Source: an uncultured Acidobacteriota bacterium
Lineage (GTDB): Bacteria > Acidobacteriota > Thermoanaerobaculia > UBA5066 > DATFVB01
Direction: 5' to 3'
Assembly (NCBI GenBank): GCA_963773815.1
Contig: CAVZCI010000003.1
Span: forward strand, 219,669 to 283,668
Length of the DNA: 64,000 bases
Below the pieces are notes generated by a model, which saw nothing but the letters and a program-made list of their open reading frames with translations, made no database searches and was not told where the DNA came from. Below, piece after piece: positions 58,920 through 64,000 of the stretch. Every line of letters starts with the position of its first letter. The stretch's first letter is position 1. The position numbers were made by a program, and so were the translations under genes.

Positions 58920-59333
58920 CTACGGACAGTCGAAAGCAGCGGTGTCTTCGATGGGCGGAAACGGGGTTCCGAACGCGCTGCCATAATTCCGGACGGCTCC
59001 GGTCTCCGTGTCCGTCACGGTGATGCTGACCTCGACGTTCGTCAGGCCCCCCGCGAAGACCCAGGCGTGGCCGTTGATCGCGCACCCGTCGAGAACCTTG
59101 ACGATGATTTCGACATTGGAGCTGTCGAAGAACCAGAAATAGCCGCTCTGGTCCGTCAGGGGAACGGCGTTCGACAGGATCAGGGGACTCAATCCCGGAC
59201 CGATCTTGAAGGCCGTCTCGACGGCGAAGCGGGAGGCGTTCAGGCAGAGAGTGTGAGAGTCGGGAACACACGAGCCGGCGCGCGCCGCCGCGGAAGCCAG
59301 GAGAAACGCGACCGAAATCAGGAGTCGTTTCAT
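58920..59333 (-). CDS. Secreted protein made of a single uncharacterised Thermoanaerobaculia-type domain
   Basis: Signal peptide; CLNASRF..GYFWFFDSSNVEIIVKVLDGC..WVFAGGLTNVEV..VTDTETG..DTAAF; GGAGG RBS. Confidence 0.8.
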   Translation of the reverse strand: MKRLLISVAFLLASAAARAGSCVPDSHTLCLNASRFAVETAFKIGPGLSPLILSNAVPLTDQSGYFWFFDSSNVEIIVKVLDGCAINGHAWVFAGGLTNVEVSITVTDTETGAVRNYGSAFGTPFPPIEDTAAFDCP

Positions 59334-59423
59334 GGCCGACCCTCCTCTGTCGAAGCACGATACTCCTCCGCCGGCGCGTTGTGCCATCCGGGCCGCAGGC
59401 GGCCCCGCAGCGCCGCCGCGCCG

Positions 59424-60509
<1,086 letters not shown>

Positions 60510-60550
60510 TCATTGGAAGAGCCGTCGTAGAATCGGCGCGGAAACTGGGA

Positions 60551-63500
60551 ATGGAAGACGATAGAACCTATCGTTTCGAAGGCGGGGCTCGCTTCGCGGC
60601 CTTCGTTTCTTCTCTTCTCGTCTGCGCGGCTTCGACGGCCAAGCCGCTCTCGCCGTGGGCGAACGTCGCCGACCCGGTGTTCCGGAGGATCGATCAAAGC
60701 CGTTCTGGCGCATCCCGCCGTCGACGCAGTGACCCAGGATGCCGCGGGATTCCTCTGGGTCGGCACGCCGGCGGGCATCGCCCGCTACGACGGATACGAG
60801 TTTCGCAATTTCCCGTCGGACGGTAACCATCCGAACGCTCCCGCCGGCGCCGAAGCGCTCGTCGCGGACCCGGACGGCAGGCTCTGGATTGGAACGCCGT
60901 CGAGCGGGTTGGTGTGCCTCGACGAATCGACGGAGACGTTTCGCGCCTGGCCGGCCGATCCAGCGGGTCGGGCGGGCCCGAGGAGCGCGACTGTCGTGGC
61001 GCTGGCGAGGGAGCCGGGCGGGCGCCTCTGGGTGGGCGGCGACAGCGGCCTGGACTCCTTCGACCCGGCGATCGGCCGATTCGAGCCTGCGGATCTGGCG
61101 GATCCGGGACAGGCGCAGCCGCGGGTGGAAGCGATATTCGTCGACCGAACGGCAACCGTATGGGTCGCGACCGTCCGCGGGCTGTACCGACGTTTGCGTT
61201 CCGAGAAGACTTTTTCGCTGTTTATTCCGGCTGGCGGCGGCGAGGAGTTCGGCTCGCGAAGCTTCTTCAGCCTGTACGAAGACGCTGACGGGCGCCTGTG
61301 GATCGGATCCGTCGATCGAGTATTCGTCCTTTCCCCAGAGCGCCGCATCGTGCGGACGTACGCGTCGGGCAACGAGGCATCGGCGCTGGCACCCGGCGAG
61401 CAATGGGGGGTGATCGAAGTGACCCCCGGCGTTTTCTGGGTCGCGAGCTATGACGGCGGGATTTCGATCGTCGACGATACGACCCGCCGCGTTCGCCGGA
61501 TTGCGATTGACCGCGCGAATCCGGGAGGGCTCACGGCCGGCGACGTGTGGCAGTTCTTGCGCGACCGATCGGGGTTGATCTGGATTGCGAACGGGCCCGG
61601 AGGTCTTCTCGCACACAATCCGTTGAACCGCGGCATCTACGAGCTTTTTTCGACCGACAAGCGTCTGGGCGCGGGCGACATCGGAGCTCGGGCGGTCGCC
61701 TCTGCTCCCGACGGCGCGCTCTGGCTCGGCGGATCGGACAGGGTTGTGCGGCTCGATGCGCAAACCGGCTCTTCCACGGCGTTCACCGCGCCGAATCATG
61801 CGAGCGTGCAAACGCTCCAGAGCGGAGCGGATGGCACGCTGTGGATCGGCACGGTCGCCGGTCTTTGCCATCTGGTACCGCGGGGACGCGCGATTGACTG
61901 TCCGGCCGGGCCCGATCGGGAACTGGGCCGCGTGTTCTCTCTCCTCGACCGGGGCGACACGCTCTGGGTCGGGACGAGCTCGGGTCTCGCGGTTCTGCCC
62001 AAGCGTGGGGGAGCGGTGACACGCTACCGGCGCGGCGAGGGCCTCGATACCCTCTCGAACGACTTTGTCACCGTGCTGTACGCGGATCGCGAGGGACGAA
62101 TCTGGGCCGGAACCCGGAACGGCCTCAACCGAATCGATACCGCGTCGGGACGGGTCGTCCGGTTCGTCCACGATCCGCACGACCCCAATTCCCTGGGTCC
62201 CGGCGCCGTCGGCTCGATCGTCCAGGATCGCCGCGGACGGATCTGGGCCGGCGCCGTCGGCGGCCCGGTGAACGTGCTGTCGGAAAGAGACGGCGGAAGC
62301 GTTATCCGCCGGGTTGGCGCCGCCGAGGGATTGCCCGAGCATCTCGGCGGCCTGGCCGAAGGCGCGGACGGCCGGATCTGGGCGACCGCGACGAACGCGC
62401 TCGCGAGCATCGATCCCGACAGCTTCCGCATGAAAGTGTTCGGGCCCGCCGAGGGGATTCAGGAAACCGAGTTCTGGACGGGATCGGTTGCCGTCGCCGG
62501 CGACGGCACGATTTTCTTCGCGGGGACTCGCGCCGTCGCGGTCATCGCGCCGGCAGCGAGTGCCGAGTGGAGCTATTCGCCGCCGCTCGAGATCACGGCG
62601 TTGAAACTGGGTGAGCGGGCGGTATCGACTCGGGGCGGTTCGACCTTCGAGCTGCCTGCCCGGGCGCGAGATATCACGGTCGAGTTCGCGTCGCTCGACT
62701 ATTCCGCGCCCGACGCACTCCATTACGCCTACAAGCTCGACGGCTACAACCGCGACTGGATCGGCGCGGACCCGGCGCACCGCCTTGCGACCTATACCAA
62801 CCTCTCGCCGGGAACGTACACGCTGCGCGTGCGCGGCACGAATCGGCTGGGCGTCTGGAGCCCGAGCGCTCTCGCGCTCGACTTCCGAGCTCTTCCCGCC
62901 TGGCACGAAACCCTGGGGTTCCGTTCGCTCGTCGTCGTCTTGCTCTCGCTTCTGATCCTGGGGTTCATTCGCGCGCGGACGAGAGTCCTTCGCCGGCGAG
63001 CCGAGCGGCTGGAGGAGACCGTCGCCGAGCGGACGAGCGCCCTCGCGAAGGCCAACGCGGCCCTGGAAGACATGGCGATCACCGACGCGCTGACCGGCCT
63101 GAAGAATCGCCGATTTCTGCTGCAGCGCATCGACGACGACGTGTCGCTGGCCCTTCGTCAGGGGACTGATCTCGTTTTCTTTCTCGTCGACATCGACTTT
63201 TTCAAGAAAGTGAACGATGAGCTCGGTCATGCGGCGGGCGACCGGGTTCTCACGCAGTTGCGCGAGCGAATGGAGCAGGTCTTTCGCGCGTCGGACTACA
63301 TGCTTCGTTGGGGCGGGGAAGAGTTCCTCGTGGTCGCTCGCGGAAGCCGCCGCGAGGACGCTCCGGAGGTCGCGGAGCGACTGCGCGCGGCGATCGCGGA
63401 GCGACCGTTTGCGCTCGAGGGGGGACAATCCCTCTCGAAGACGGCGTCAATCGGGTTCGCCGCGTATCCGTTCGTGCCGTCGTCTCCCCGCGCGATCGCG

Positions 63501-63722
63501 TGGTCGCAGGTCGTGGATCTCGCGGATCAGGCGCTCTACCGGGCGAAGAACGGTGGCAGGAACACTTGGGCGGGCCTCGTCGCGACGGCGAGAACCGACC
63601 CGAACCTGCTGTCCCGACGATTGGCGGCTTCGCCCGAGGATGCGGCGGGCGACGCCGCGCTGGAGATCGTCGGGCCAATGGAAAGCCCGGGCTCGGCTCG
63701 GAGCGTCGGCCGCGGTACTTGA
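60551..63722 (+). CDS. Diguanylate cyclase with periplasmic beta-propeller and Y_Y_Y domains; frameshift near 60715
   Basis: Reg_prop repeats (GFLWVGT, GRLWIG), YAYKLDG/YTNLSPGTY, TM, DALTGLKNRR, RASD I-site and GGEEF. Confidence 0.92.
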
Positions 63723-63746
63723 GCTCGGCGGTCCCGCGATGCGCCG

Positions 63747-63915
63747 TCACGCTGTCGGCTTCGGATCCGCCGGGGGCGCGCAGCCCCATCGCGCCCGCAT
63801 GCCCTCGCGGAACTTCTCGCGCGCCGTCGTCGCCCTCGAGGGTGGCGTCCCCGAAAGAGTCGGGCTTCTTCTTGCGCAGGAGATCCGTGATGAGGTTGCG
63901 CGCGACGCATCGCCA
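63747..63915 (-). pseudogene. Remnant: ECF sigma-like fragment fused to the C-terminal tail of another gene
   Basis: VARNLITDLLRKKKPDSF in one frame, REKFREGMRARWGC..PTA-stop in another. Confidence 0.5.
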
Positions 63916-63921
63916 GGGGCC

Positions 63922-63961
63922 GAAAAGAAAGACGGACCGGGACGCGTGCGCCCCGGTCCGT
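63922..63961 (-). terminator. Rho-independent terminator of a gene ending near 63989
   Basis: 10-bp stem ACGGACCGGG/CCCGGTCCGT followed on the minus strand by CTTTCTTTTC. Confidence 0.75.
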
Positions 63962-64000
63962 TCCGTGAGGAATGTCGGGATTCTTCGGTTACGCCATCCG

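Overview
Visibly GC-rich bacterial chromosome segment, most likely Acidobacteriota of the Thermoanaerobaculia type (inferred from a lineage-typical secreted domain at 58.9-59.3 kb, exosortase H, the mfd-PPIase-surA order and the split Rieske/cyt b operon). At least 14 otherwise ordinary genes carry single-base frameshifts, which points to uncorrected long-read indels, so several long ORFs in the supplied track are artefactual fusions. Housekeeping content: dnaX, SRP RNA, tRNA-Ser(GGA), mfd, two PPIases, thiolase, scoAB, lptD, rmlABD, hflX, tRNA-Sec (selC), kup, MscS, tRNA-Ala(GGC), HigBA and VapBC. The most interesting parts are: (1) a plant-type UDP-apiose/xylose synthase-like gene with a GT2, divergent from a fused prenol kinase-DUF92 gene and a UbiA prenyltransferase; (2) a Rieske/cytochrome b6-type operon with an 8-CxxCH cytochrome, an upstream four-cluster polyferredoxin, a HEAT protein and a cupredoxin-like protein lacking Cu ligands; (3) exosortase H plus a stand-alone secreted copy of an uncharacterised domain, inside a decaying region downstream of tRNA-Ala; (4) about ten genes with a -10 box 6-8 nt before the start codon (probable leaderless mRNAs); (5) several REP/MITE-like repeat families and a 172-nt structured intergenic element. 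No CRISPR array, rRNA or transposase was seen.
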